Source: a virus. From it: a stretch of DNA of 64,000 nucleotides. The DNA lies in the IMG/VR virus record IMGVR_UViG_3300028423_001099, positions 1 to 64,000 of that record. One strand, 5' to 3'. Below are positions 10,151-19,641 of this stretch, one piece after another; the first letter of the stretch is position 1, and each line of letters begins with the position of its first letter. Both the position numbers and the translations under genes were made by a program. The notes under the pieces are model-generated. The model ran no database searches, was not told the origin of the DNA, and saw only the letters and a list, made by a program, of their open reading frames with translations.

Positions 10151-10158
10151 TATTTATC
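10151..10158 (-). promoter_or_regulatory. T4-like late promoter GATAAATA
   Basis: Motif upstream of hsp20 leader. Confidence 0.65.
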
Positions 10159-10190
10159 ACAGATTTCATGCTGTGACAAAATCTTCTGAG

Positions 10191-10571
10191 TCATTGTGCA
10201 ACCCAGTGATTTATTAGGCCTGTGGTCAGCATGATAGTGACCACACTGTGTAGTAGTATAAGTGCTCTGTCGTTCCATTTCAAACTCACAAACAGCCATC
10301 CACATGCGCCAATCAAACTAAACGTGATATCCAGCCACTGTAGATCTACTGCACCACTGGATCGAATAGCAATAGCAATGAGCACCATAACACTGCTGAA
10401 CCACTTCACATACCAAGTTATATCGCCTTTGGGCGTGACACTCTTGGTGATGCGATTGCTGTTGCGTATTTCGCCAACTGCGTATCGTGTGCCATCGTGA
10501 CCCACAATAACATCATGGTCCTCCAACTGTGAGATCTTTTCTGGGGGTGCATCAAATGGTTCATTGTCCAT
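10191..10571 (-). CDS. small membrane protein
   Basis: Three hydrophobic C-terminal segments; start reassigned to MDNEP. Confidence 0.6.
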   Translation of the reverse strand: MDNEPFDAPPEKISQLEDHDVIVGHDGTRYAVGEIRNSNRITKSVTPKGDITWYVKWFSSVMVLIAIAIRSSGAVDLQWLDITFSLIGACGWLFVSLKWNDRALILLHSVVTIMLTTGLINHWVAQ

Positions 10572-10585
10572 GCTTGAATTCACTG

Positions 10586-11017
10586 TTATCTCCGCATCTT
10601 GGAAATGTCTTTGGCATGCTCGTCGTCGATCACAGGAACTGCATTGCTTTTGTGCATAGTGGCAATGCCCTTGACCAGGTCTCCTGTGTATTTGGGAGAC
10701 TCGCGTCGTGCACAATCTCCGCCAGACTTCTTGATGCCATGACTGGGAATACGTTTGTAAGCCTCCATGCGATCACTGTGCACAGAGGGAGACTGCTTGA
10801 GAGTGTCAGTACGCTTGGGTTGGGGTTCAGGTGAAATGCCGCGCACATAGTTTTCAAACTCATCATAGGAGATCTTCTCCATGTGATTTCTCTTGAGCCA
10901 GCGATTGTGTTCGTGCCACTCGGCTTTTAGATTCTGTAGACGTTTCTTGCTGAGCTTGGCTTTTTGTTTGCGGGTGCGAGTTGTGGTATATTCGGGGCCT
11001 AACAGATGCATGGTCAT
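10586..11017 (-). CDS. conserved phage hypothetical protein
   Basis: YTG..VKGIATMHKSNAVPV motif recalled from T4-like aquatic phages; GGAG upstream. Confidence 0.7.
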   Translation of the reverse strand: MTMHLLGPEYTTTRTRKQKAKLSKKRLQNLKAEWHEHNRWLKRNHMEKISYDEFENYVRGISPEPQPKRTDTLKQSPSVHSDRMEAYKRIPSHGIKKSGGDCARRESPKYTGDLVKGIATMHKSNAVPVIDDEHAKDISKMRR

Positions 11018-11049
11018 AGTGTTCTCCAACAGTTTGCTATTACCCAAAT

Positions 11050-11077
11050 ATTATAGCACATATGTGTTGGATGTCAA
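11050..11077 (-). promoter_or_regulatory. sigma70-like early promoter
   Basis: TTGACA-N16-TATAAT with TG. Confidence 0.7.
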
Positions 11078-11078
11078 G

Positions 11079-11879
11079 TTACACAAGCTGATGGTTGCAC
11101 AAATATTCAGCTAGATGTTTGGCCACACACTGATGTCCTGCTTTACTGAGGTGAGCATTATCCCAGTGATCTGTATTCAGCTGATCAATGATTTTTCTAG
11201 CATCGTTTTTAGACTTTGTATGCCTTAGACGCCCAAGATACTGTCGAGCTTTGGCATAGCCAAGCTCATAGTCTTTCCTATTGTCGCCATGTAATTCTGT
11301 GAATTGTTTTTCACTGATTGTATATATATTGTCCGATGACTCCAAAAATTGCACAAAGCTATCATGCTGATAACAGATATATCTAACAACCAAAACTACC
11401 AATGTAATACCATGAAGTTTACACAGTGCTTCAAATTGGCTATGTCTAAATCTAGCATAGTCTTCATCAAACCCAGTGTAGGTGCTGCAATTCTGATATG
11501 CTTGATGCAATTCAGCGTCATATGCGTCATCCATCCAGGTGTAACTGTCAATTTTATAATCACTCACAGCATAGGATTTGTGCATGTCAGACATGCTTTC
11601 AACCACTTCCGTGCCTACGTGTGCCGATTTGAGATTGTTGCTGGGAAACTCACGTCGATTTAGATCAGTGTATTGAACCAACAGAATGTCATCGGAATCA
11701 ATTTGACCTCTGAGAATCATCTCGGTGGCTTTTCTCCAGGCGCGATCGTTGCTGGCTCCTTTCTTGGCCAAATGCACATACTGTTTGTCTAGCATCTCGC
11801 TGAGATAGTCCCCATAGCACCTGTCAACAAAGGTGCGATCTGAATAACTGCAACCACAGACAATCAGTTTGTTTGCCAT
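11079..11879 (-). CDS. SGNH/GDSL-like hydrolase fold protein (paralog 1)
   Basis: GCSYS block I, GASND block II, C-terminal D..HLS..GH. Confidence 0.65.
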   Translation of the reverse strand: MANKLIVCGCSYSDRTFVDRCYGDYLSEMLDKQYVHLAKKGASNDRAWRKATEMILRGQIDSDDILLVQYTDLNRREFPSNNLKSAHVGTEVVESMSDMHKSYAVSDYKIDSYTWMDDAYDAELHQAYQNCSTYTGFDEDYARFRHSQFEALCKLHGITLVVLVVRYICYQHDSFVQFLESSDNIYTISEKQFTELHGDNRKDYELGYAKARQYLGRLRHTKSKNDARKIIDQLNTDHWDNAHLSKAGHQCVAKHLAEYLCNHQLV

Positions 11880-11895
11880 ACTAGACCTCCCTTTG

Positions 11896-12693
11896 TTAAA
11901 CTAAACTGTGTCGCTGAAGATATGCAGCTATGTATTTGCCTATGGTACTGTGACCTAGATCGCTGAGATGGCTCAAGTCCCAGACATTGCAGTCTGCTAG
12001 TTCATCTAAATTTTCTGCTGTTCTTTGATTGAGGCCAAGCTCGTATTTGTAGCACATGGGAGGAGTTGTGGGAATAATATTTTCTTCGTTGATGAGATAT
12101 TTTCGAGCATATGGCCCAAGAATATTGTACTCATCCAGGAGGTCTGACAGTCTGCACCACAGCATCACCAACTTGATGTTGTTTGCTTCACAGAAACTCT
12201 CAAACTGCTTGTGCCTGGTGATAAAATACTCGTTGTCAAACTCATCGATCACACATGTGTTCTGATAGGTTCTGTGTAGAGTCTTGTCAGGTTCAAAATT
12301 GTACCATATATAGCTGTCCATTTTGTAGTTGCTGGTGTAGAAAGTTCCACATTCGGTGTGTGACCTGTCTAAATGATGTATGTGATTTTTATCCGGCTCG
12401 TCGATGCGAGCATGTTCTATGCGTTCCTGTATGTGATCATAGCCTATGCCGTGGCTGCCAAACTCGCGTCTGTGCCGATCTGTGTACTGAACTATTACGA
12501 CATCGTTGGGGGTAATTTCGCCATCAATGATCATGCGAGTGGCCATGCGCCATGTGCGATCATTGGATGTGGCGCCTTTGGCACAGTGATGATATTCCAG
12601 CCCTGTGATTTCACTGACATAGTCGCCATAGGCCTTTTCCACTTCTGTTCGGTCAGAATAACTGCATCCAAACACAAACAGTTTCTTGCTCAT
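11896..12693 (-). CDS. SGNH/GDSL-like hydrolase fold protein (paralog 2)
   Basis: FGCSYS, GATSND, DLSHLSDLGH; tandem paralog of the adjacent gene. Confidence 0.65.
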   Translation of the reverse strand: MSKKLFVFGCSYSDRTEVEKAYGDYVSEITGLEYHHCAKGATSNDRTWRMATRMIIDGEITPNDVVIVQYTDRHRREFGSHGIGYDHIQERIEHARIDEPDKNHIHHLDRSHTECGTFYTSNYKMDSYIWYNFEPDKTLHRTYQNTCVIDEFDNEYFITRHKQFESFCEANNIKLVMLWCRLSDLLDEYNILGPYARKYLINEENIIPTTPPMCYKYELGLNQRTAENLDELADCNVWDLSHLSDLGHSTIGKYIAAYLQRHSLV

Positions 12694-12695
12694 GA

Positions 12696-13007
12696 CTATC
12701 TCTTTTTGCGATGAGACCGTGAACTCTGTGCCTTGAGCACAGGGTCTCGCTTGATCTGCTCTTTGTGAGCTCGTTTTACTGCTTGTGCTCGTTCACGTTT
12801 TCTCACAGCACTGGGCTTTTCATAGTACTCATGCTTGGCCAGCTCTTTTTGACGATTGCTGGTTTCTAGAATTTTTTTCAGGCGTCTCAGTGCTCCATTG
12901 ACATCGTCATTTCTCACTTCAACGTTTGCCCCTGGGATGCGCACTGGCACACCACTGTGTTCTCTGTTGCTGAATTTTCTATTTTTTCCTCTGTGATTAT
13001 TCTTCAT
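12696..13007 (-). CDS. rpsU: 30S ribosomal protein bS21 homolog
   Basis: VEVRNDDVNGALRRLKK...HEYYEKPSAVRKR. Confidence 0.85.
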   Translation of the reverse strand: MKNNHRGKNRKFSNREHSGVPVRIPGANVEVRNDDVNGALRRLKKILETSNRQKELAKHEYYEKPSAVRKRERAQAVKRAHKEQIKRDPVLKAQSSRSHRKKR

Positions 13008-14271
13008 CCGTTCCTCTGTACAAACGATAGTCTGTGTCCTCTGATTGTGTGCCATCAGTGTAGATCAACTGTGGTTTTGTGTTTGAGTTTACAGGGTACT
13101 TATCAAAAATCACAGAAACCACGCCCGATTCCTGAAGTTCTGGAGCACGGTACATGATGTTGATGAGGCTCTGTTCCACAAGAGTTTTCAGTGATCTGGC
13201 GCCCAGGTTAGTGCCAATAGCCAGGTGTGCAATTGAATCTATGTATTCCTCAGAGAATTCCAGATCAATGCCGTCGATCATCAACAGCTCCTGTGATTGC
13301 TTCAACACATTGTTTTTCACAGACATCATGATCATTTTCAACTGTGATTCTGTGAGTGTGTCCAGCACGCCTAAAATTGGCAGACGTCCTATCAACTCGG
13401 GAATAATGCCATAGTCTACAATATCCTGTGCTATGACTTTTTGCAGAATGGATTGACGCTGATCTTCTGTGACGATCTGTGCGCCAAACCCAATAGCAGA
13501 AGATCTGCGAAGTCTGTGCTCAATCTGCTTTTCAAGGCCAACAAAAGAACCACCTAGAATAAACAGCACGCTACTGGTATCAAACTCTACAAAATCTTCG
13601 GTGTATTTCCTGTTGTTGGCTACTTTGACCTTGGTGGTGGTGCCTTCGATCAATCTCAGCAGTGCCTGCTGAACGCCTTCACCGGAAACATCGCGACTGT
13701 TGGTGTTGCTCTCTGACTTGCGACTTTTTTTGTCGATTTCGTCGATGTACACAATGCCTTTTTGTGCCGATTCTAGATCAAAGTCAGCAGTGACCAAGAG
13801 TCGTTCGAGCACGCTTTCAACATCTTCGCCAACGTAGCCTGCTTCAGTGAGTGTGGTAGCATCAGCGATAGCAAACGGCACACTCATTTTTCTTGCCAGT
13901 GTTTTGGCAAACAGGGTTTTGCCCGAGCCTGTGGGACCAATCAGCAACACATTGCTTTTTTCTGGCTCGCAATCCAGCTGGTTGCCTATGCGTTTATAGT
14001 GATTGTAGGCACTGACACTGAGCATTTCCTTGACATCGTTGTGGCCAACGATGTAATCGTCTAAGTGTGCCTTGATTTCACTGGGCACAGGCACACTGTC
14101 AAGTTGTGGTTTGTCAGTGTCATCCTCAAGTTCCTGTGACACAATTTTGTAAGACACAGAAACACACTCGTTGCAGATGTATACACTGGGACCGGCAATG
14201 AGCTTTTCAACTTGGTCGCGACTTTTACCGCAGAAACTGCAGTTGAGTTTTTTGTTATCGTCTGACATCAA
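12997..14271 (-). CDS. clpX: ATP-dependent Clp protease ATP-binding subunit ClpX
   Basis: C4 zinc finger [42 protein letters not shown] loop. Confidence 0.97.
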   Translation of the reverse strand: MMSDDNKKLNCSFCGKSRDQVEKLIAGPSVYICNECVSVSYKIVSQELEDDTDKPQLDSVPVPSEIKAHLDDYIVGHNDVKEMLSVSAYNHYKRIGNQLDCEPEKSNVLLIGPTGSGKTLFAKTLARKMSVPFAIADATTLTEAGYVGEDVESVLERLLVTADFDLESAQKGIVYIDEIDKKSRKSESNTNSRDVSGEGVQQALLRLIEGTTTKVKVANNRKYTEDFVEFDTSSVLFILGGSFVGLEKQIEHRLRRSSAIGFGAQIVTEDQRQSILQKVIAQDIVDYGIIPELIGRLPILGVLDTLTESQLKMIMMSVKNNVLKQSQELLMIDGIDLEFSEEYIDSIAHLAIGTNLGARSLKTLVEQSLINIMYRAPELQESGVVSVIFDKYPVNSNTKPQLIYTDGTQSEDTDYRLYRGTDEE

Positions 14272-14301
14272 TAGACCTATGCATGTTGTTGTATTTATAT
14301 G

Positions 14302-14670
14302 TTATTTTTTCTTGCTTGTGTATTTTATGTTCGATGTGTCAGTGTCAGCATCACTGTGAGGCAACGGCATTGCCCAAAAACCCATGCGACTTTTTACTTC
14401 ATCTTCTGAGACTTTTTGTAATAGATCAAAGATTTCCTGTGCACTGAGATCTTCTTTGTTGAACTCGCTGTTGGCCAACAGACGAGCAGCTTCATGGAGG
14501 TCTCCTGTGGCAGCACGCTCAACCTCCACTGGTTTTTCTACTTCAACAACTTTTTCCACAGGAACTTCAATGATCTTTTCAACTTCCACAGGTTTTTCTA
14601 CAATGCGTTCAACAATTTCAGGAGGTTGACCAAGTGCCTGCTCTAGTTGTTGTTCGAGTTCAGCGATCTT
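14302..14670 (-). CDS. C-terminal extension frame (KIAELEQQ...VEKPVEVEK repeats) reached by -1 shift from upstream gene
   Basis: Open frame from the A9 run to TAA 14302, with EKPVEV repeats and no good own start/SD. Confidence 0.6.
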   Translation of the reverse strand, partial: KIAELEQQLEQALGQPPEIVERIVEKPVEVEKIIEVPVEKVVEVEKPVEVERAATGDLHEAARLLANSEFNKEDLSAQEIFDLLQKVSEDEVKSRMGFWAMPLPHSDADTDTSNIKYTSKKK

Positions 14671-15491
14671 TTTTTTTCAGCCGTGTTGCTGTCAGTGGAT
14701 TCACTGATGTCAGATGTTGGCGTTTTTGGATTTGGCTGGTACACTGTTTCTAGATGAACTCCTCTCTGCATCAAGCTGAAGTTTGCAGCCATCAGCAATA
14801 GAATAGCCATGGGATCAAACACAAAAATAAACGCAATGATTACCCATCTCACTGCCTCTTCTAGGCGATCTTCGCCTGCACCATATACCAGTTCAGCAAT
14901 ATATTTCACTGGACCTACTTCCAGTGCCACAGCCTGCAGCTCTTGGTTGAGATCAAGGCGCTGGTCTTCTAGCTCAGCAATTTTCTGCTGACTTTCTGTG
15001 ATAATTTGCTGTAGACTGTCTCTTTCGGTTTGCTGTGCTTCGCGTGCTTCTAAGCCGCGTGTGACAAATCCTCGTTCCACATACTCGTTGATTGCCGAAT
15101 CCAGTTGTTCTAGTGCAGTTTCCGCTCGTGTAATATCCAGCTCTGCTCTGCTGATCTGTTGGTCCAATCGCTCAACCACAGCAGTATTTGAATCCACGCT
15201 GGCAGTTTGTTCAAGGTGTGCTTTGGAGAGGAGACCAAAAATGCCCATGGAAGTCAACAGCATGGCAACAATTACCAAAGGCACCATGGCATACTTGATT
15301 TTGGTGGGTGCTTGCCAGTTGCGGTACAGCCAGCTTACACCTACTACTTTGCCAAGTTCGATCACACAGCCCATAATCAAAGCATGATAAGGCAAACCAG
15401 CAAAGATGGCCATGATGCCCATGATAGCAAACGTGGCTGCAGTGCCTGCCATGGCCAGTGCTGTAAACAATGTCATTATCGAAAAGATCAT
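14643..15491 (-). CDS. membrane-anchored coiled-coil protein (DUF4407-like architecture)
   Basis: N-terminal TM helices, long coiled coil, EVGPVKYIAEL..IFVFDPMA TM; start 5 nt after TAAATA. Confidence 0.75.
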   Translation of the reverse strand: MIFSIMTLFTALAMAGTAATFAIMGIMAIFAGLPYHALIMGCVIELGKVVGVSWLYRNWQAPTKIKYAMVPLVIVAMLLTSMGIFGLLSKAHLEQTASVDSNTAVVERLDQQISRAELDITRAETALEQLDSAINEYVERGFVTRGLEAREAQQTERDSLQQIITESQQKIAELEDQRLDLNQELQAVALEVGPVKYIAELVYGAGEDRLEEAVRWVIIAFIFVFDPMAILLLMAANFSLMQRGVHLETVYQPNPKTPTSDISESTDSNTAEKKRSLNSNNN

Positions 15492-15541
15492 ACTTGTATT
15501 TATTACAAACATAGAATGTTTTTGGTTGGGCACAAGGACCA

Positions 15542-15549
15542 TATAAATA
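15542..15549 (+). promoter_or_regulatory. T4-type late promoter TATAAATA
   Basis: Exact T4 late consensus, 5 nt upstream of GTG 15555. Confidence 0.65.
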
Positions 15550-15554
15550 TCCCT

Positions 15555-16670
15555 GTGCACATAGAAAAAATAAAAAACAACATCAAACAGGGTGCTTTTC
15601 CTGGATTAGTTGACCTTTTTGTTGGCGATGCTTCAAAATCATATCTTCCTGGACCAGCAAAGCATGTGAAAGCCATATACGGCAGTGAAATAACCAACCA
15701 GCTGGCAAATCACAGCATATTTCTAGCACGAAAATTCGGACCCACAGGCATTGACATCTATGACCTGCTTTTACAGTCACCTACAAATTTTGCTGACACC
15801 GTGTTTGAACTGGACTGTCAAACCTATGGATCATACCCTGCCGCAATAAAAAAACGCCTGGAACACTACAATGTTGTGGTACACGATTTCATGGAAGGCG
15901 GTTTTTGTTTGCAAGACATCGATGTACTTCCAGGCACAGCATCAGTTACGGGCTCAGTTAATGACCTGCCTATTTTTATGTTGAGCACTCTTGCTGAATC
16001 AATTAGAACCAATAACCTTTGCAGTGAATTTCCTGTGTGCACAGAGAAAAAGTTGGCTATCGTGCCGGTTCACAAACCGAGATCTATTAGGCTGGATCTT
16101 CTACATGCGCTGGACCAAAATAATTTGCTTGAGCACTGTGATTGGTCTTTGTGGTTTAACACAGGAGACATAGGCAAGCTGGGCGACTTTGCACACAGCC
16201 CAAATGTCAGCAAAGATAGATGGATAGATCAACTACAACATCCATTTGTGCAGAAGCACTGGCACGCTCTGCCGAAGCAACTGGATCACATCGAAACCTT
16301 TGAGGAGTGTGTGCCTTTGCACAAACAGTATCACGGCAAATACCGATGGCATATTGTCTGTGAGACCTACACGAATCTGTGTTTTGCCACAGAAAAAACC
16401 TTCAAGGCATTTGTTGCAGGACATGTTCCGCTTACCGTGGCACCGCCTGGATTCAATTGTCTTGTAGAAGAGTTAGGATTTGTTATGCCAGGCGACTATG
16501 ACAATCTCAAAGGCGAAAGCAGAATCACTAGAATCATAGAAATATTAAAAGGTGATCACAGCGACCGCACAGAGATAGCAAAACACAACTATCAGCTGGC
16601 TACATCAGTTGAATCAACCTCAGCTATCATAGTAAACAGGATAAGAAGACTCATCAACCTTCATAGATAG
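15555..16670 (+). CDS. putative glycosyltransferase-like protein (ET..TEKT..K motif family)
   Basis: R..LL..L, IVCET...FATEKTFKAF..GH.P motif like GT-B/fucosyltransferase C-termini; paralog at 24730. Confidence 0.5.
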   Translation: MHIEKIKNNIKQGAFPGLVDLFVGDASKSYLPGPAKHVKAIYGSEITNQLANHSIFLARKFGPTGIDIYDLLLQSPTNFADTVFELDCQTYGSYPAAIKKRLEHYNVVVHDFMEGGFCLQDIDVLPGTASVTGSVNDLPIFMLSTLAESIRTNNLCSEFPVCTEKKLAIVPVHKPRSIRLDLLHALDQNNLLEHCDWSLWFNTGDIGKLGDFAHSPNVSKDRWIDQLQHPFVQKHWHALPKQLDHIETFEECVPLHKQYHGKYRWHIVCETYTNLCFATEKTFKAFVAGHVPLTVAPPGFNCLVEELGFVMPGDYDNLKGESRITRIIEILKGDHSDRTEIAKHNYQLATSVESTSAIIVNRIRRLINLHR

Positions 16671-17148
16671 CACTGTTGCCAGCATGTTCAAACACTTCTG
16701 CACTTTTTACACGAACTGTGGGATTGAGAGCAGAACCGTCTTTGATGCTGTTGCGAATAATCTCACTCATTTTGTTGTAGGCCATTTCAGCAAATCGCTC
16801 ACACCCTACAGCGGGCACAATCCTCAGATCACACAGTGCAGAGTTCTCATCACCGTTGATCTCGCCAATGTCTGCCATCTGCTTGAAGAACTCCAGATGT
16901 GGATCATCCTCTGCTACAACTAGTGTGTGGTCAAACATGTATGATGCCCAGCTCTTGAAGTCTCTGAGACCACCAAAGTCCATGACCCAGTTGCGTTCAT
17001 CCAAACCGTCACATTCAAAGGTTAGTTTGATGCCAATACTGTAGCCATGCAAGAAACTGCAGTGTGAATGCTTGCTACGCCACTGGCGGAAACAGCAACT
17101 GAGTCCGCGATCGTTGCCAAGTGTTTTGGTTGAGTAGAATTTTGCCAT
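16654..17148 (-). CDS. QueD/6-pyruvoyl-tetrahydropterin synthase family protein (phage variant)
   Basis: HCSFLHGYS, WVMDFGGL, FDHT, GCERFA, EVFEH. Confidence 0.85.
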   Translation of the reverse strand: MAKFYSTKTLGNDRGLSCCFRQWRSKHSHCSFLHGYSIGIKLTFECDGLDERNWVMDFGGLRDFKSWASYMFDHTLVVAEDDPHLEFFKQMADIGEINGDENSALCDLRIVPAVGCERFAEMAYNKMSEIIRNSIKDGSALNPTVRVKSAEVFEHAGNSAIYEG

Positions 17149-17157
17149 GATATTCTC

Positions 17158-17421
17158 CTATTTGCTCAGTCTGTATGTGACTTGCTCTGGACCGTGACTG
17201 GTGAATTCCATGCCGCTCACTGAGCCAATGTAGAGGCCATCATAGTCAAAGTTTTTGTTGGGAGCAGGTTGCCACCGCATCGATATTTTCACACTGCGGT
17301 CAACGCTGACATCAAGCAGTTTTTGAGGTACAAAGTTTAAGATCTCTCCTGTGACTGTGCGGCCGCGATCAGTGTTGGTAACTTCGCAGGTGTCTGCATA
17401 TTCTGTGCGTGTTTGTGTCAT
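17158..17421 (-). CDS. hypothetical protein
   Basis: ORF in co-directional cluster; AAGGA upstream. Confidence 0.6.
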   Translation of the reverse strand: MTQTRTEYADTCEVTNTDRGRTVTGEILNFVPQKLLDVSVDRSVKISMRWQPAPNKNFDYDGLYIGSVSGMEFTSHGPEQVTYRLSK

Positions 17422-17425
17422 TGAT

Positions 17426-17851
17426 TCATTCCTTTGGTTTGAATCCTTGTTCTGCAAGTATTCGTTGGTTAGCTAGGTGTTGTTCCTGCATGCCTGTGCG
17501 GTTATCTGGATTCCAGTGCACAGCATGATGTGATTGTAACAGAACCGATACAAGACTGCGACCATCTTCCAGTTGAAAATCACCTAATACTCTGCCAAAA
17601 GCATCAGTGGCATTGAATTCTTTGCTGAACAACACATACTGCTTGCCTAGCGTTAAATTCTGCTCCACAAACTGAGTGGCTAGGTTTCCATAGTACTTTT
17701 CAGTGAGGTCTCTGGTGCGAGACTCTGGAGCATCAATGCCGGGCAATCTCACTCGCACATTGTGCAACCATGTGTCAAACCCAAGGTCAATGTCCACATC
17801 AACTGTGTCGCCGTCGACAATCCTCTTGATAATGCAGTTGTAGGTATACAT
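17426..17851 (-). CDS. thermonuclease (SNase-like) family nuclease
   Basis: IVDGDTVDVDIDLGF, RLPGIDAPESRTRD, FGRVLG. Confidence 0.88.
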   Translation of the reverse strand: MYTYNCIIKRIVDGDTVDVDIDLGFDTWLHNVRVRLPGIDAPESRTRDLTEKYYGNLATQFVEQNLTLGKQYVLFSKEFNATDAFGRVLGDFQLEDGRSLVSVLLQSHHAVHWNPDNRTGMQEQHLANQRILAEQGFKPKE

Positions 17852-17861
17852 GTTAGTTAAC

Positions 17862-18254
17862 CTATTGATAATTGAGATAGATTTCTTGGTGCCAATGTAT
17901 GTGTTGGGGCCATGCTTTGTCTGAAGCCAACACTGTGGCAAGAGCACCTGGTATAAAAGGCAAGTATTTTTCCAAAAACTCTGTTTTGCTGAAAACACGG
18001 CAACCCTTGGCTTGCCAGTCACCAAATACATTTGCAAACTGTTCTTTTGCCACGCTAAGGGGTGTTACACCAACATGCAGCATGCCCTCATTGTAGATAG
18101 GATCGCCGTCGGGAGTAAAACTCCAATGCGGAGGCTCACTCCAGTGATGGTCTTGAAGTTTGGGCGTGCACACCATCATATACAAAGGACTTGCGGCGCC
18201 ATGATTGTGACGATCGCTTACCATGAAAACGGGATCATTGCTCCACATGCACAT
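17862..18254 (-). CDS. hypothetical protein
   Basis: ORF filling gap in operon. Confidence 0.5.
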   Translation of the reverse strand: MCMWSNDPVFMVSDRHNHGAASPLYMMVCTPKLQDHHWSEPPHWSFTPDGDPIYNEGMLHVGVTPLSVAKEQFANVFGDWQAKGCRVFSKTEFLEKYLPFIPGALATVLASDKAWPQHIHWHQEIYLNYQ

Positions 18255-18666
18255 CTACACTACACTTGCGGGTTTCTTGAATATTCACGCTGATCAACTT
18301 TGCTCCTGTGCCTTTAAGCTGTTCGGGCGCCACAGTGTTGAGCAGATAGTTGCCCATGTTTTCAGCAGTGGGATTGAACTCCACAATCACTGTGCCCTCA
18401 GAATCAAGCTGCTTGAGGCCCTGTGCCCAAGGGTCCTGTGACCAGATCAGGAATCGGTGATCCCAGTGTTCTTCCAACCACTCGCAAAGAAGATCTTTGA
18501 TCACTGAGAAGTCTAGCACGCGACCTACATGGTCCAATTCATCTGCTTGCACTGTGAAATACACACGATAATTGTGTCCGTGCAGGTGCGCACATTTGCT
18601 CTCGTGACCGTACACACGATGTCCTGTGCTGAAGTCGTGATATCTGGTTGCTGTGATTTTATTCAT
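18235..18666 (-). CDS. queD: 6-carboxy-5,6,7,8-tetrahydropterin synthase QueD
   Basis: GHR..GH..KCAHLHGHNY, LDFS, WDHRFL, NPTAEN, QET. Confidence 0.88.
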   Translation of the reverse strand: MNKITATRYHDFSTGHRVYGHESKCAHLHGHNYRVYFTVQADELDHVGRVLDFSVIKDLLCEWLEEHWDHRFLIWSQDPWAQGLKQLDSEGTVIVEFNPTAENMGNYLLNTVAPEQLKGTGAKLISVNIQETRKCSVDVHVEQ

Positions 18667-19304
18667 CGATAAGTGCTCACATAAAAGTTATGATTGCCTA
18701 CCACTGCCACACGATCGTATACCTGCTGCCAGTGTGGATCAGCAAGATCAGGATTGAAGTAGTGTGTGGCACCACCTGTGTTGTCTGGGTAGATGCCCTC
18801 TAGTGCTCCTCTTGCAATGCTCAAACTCTCCTGCCAGGCTTTGACGTTGGGCTCAATGGGTGTGCCTTGGTTGTCCACAAGCACAACATTATCAGACTTG
18901 CCATCGCAGTACCAGCTAAACTGGCATTGGTGTCTTCGGGGCATTCTGTTGCCTCTCCAGTTTACAAAATACCTAGCATCATAGACCACGTCGCACACTT
19001 TGTCAGGATATCGATGATGCCAAACGCGATTGATGGTCACGTGGGCTACAGCAATCCTGCCTGCTCGGTTTTCTCCGCGCGCTTCATGATAGATGTTTGT
19101 TGCCAAACATTTGACTTCTTCTGGGGTCATCTCAATGGGATTTTTTGGTGCTAGGCTAGGTGCATCAACCAGAGGAAGCTGTTTGACTTCAATGTCTGCT
19201 GTGCGTTTGCCCGAGTCAATGACTGCTGTCACTGACACTGTGGTAGCACAAACAGCAATGCCATATAACACCAGTGATGCCAGTTTGTTGAAATCCAAAT
19301 TCAT
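18663..19304 (-). CDS. SleB-like cell wall hydrolase (Hydrolase_2), N-terminal membrane anchor
   Basis: CLATNIYHEARGE, VTINRV, CQFSWYCDGK, GGATHYF, GNHNFY. Confidence 0.92.
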   Translation of the reverse strand: MNLDFNKLASLVLYGIAVCATTVSVTAVIDSGKRTADIEVKQLPLVDAPSLAPKNPIEMTPEEVKCLATNIYHEARGENRAGRIAVAHVTINRVWHHRYPDKVCDVVYDARYFVNWRGNRMPRRHQCQFSWYCDGKSDNVVLVDNQGTPIEPNVKAWQESLSIARGALEGIYPDNTGGATHYFNPDLADPHWQQVYDRVAVVGNHNFYVSTYR

Positions 19305-19326
19305 GTTGACCTCCTCTGAGTCGACA

Positions 19327-19617
19327 CTACTGTGCTAGCTGAATGTCTGTGGTTGCTTCTGTGTAGGATTTAGCAATGCCTTCGTCTGTGAGAGCACAGG
19401 CAACAACTGTGTTTCTATTTAGTCGCAGTTTGTCGGGTTTGGCAGTCATCATATAGGGAATAATGCCCATGCCCTGCTGATTGGCTGCAATGGTGGCTGG
19501 CTTTGAAACCACCACCTGCTCATCTGTGGTTTCTATGTAGTTTGCAATAACTTCTTCGCCCGTGATGAGCTTGAGGCTGACAATGTCGTTTTCTTTGAGA
19601 GGCTTTTCAATAAGCAT
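19327..19617 (-). CDS. small beta-barrel (Sm-like) phage protein
   Basis: LKLITGEEVIA motif; paralog at 41902. Confidence 0.6.
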   Translation of the reverse strand: MLIEKPLKENDIVSLKLITGEEVIANYIETTDEQVVVSKPATIAANQQGMGIIPYMMTAKPDKLRLNRNTVVACALTDEGIAKSYTEATTDIQLAQ

Positions 19618-19641
19618 GTTGATCTCCTGTTTGTATAGTGT

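Noticed and set aside
15207-15554. N-terminal 116 aa of track ORF 15207-16670
   Set aside because: Antisense overlap with the membrane protein gene; the late promoter and GTG at 15555 give a better start
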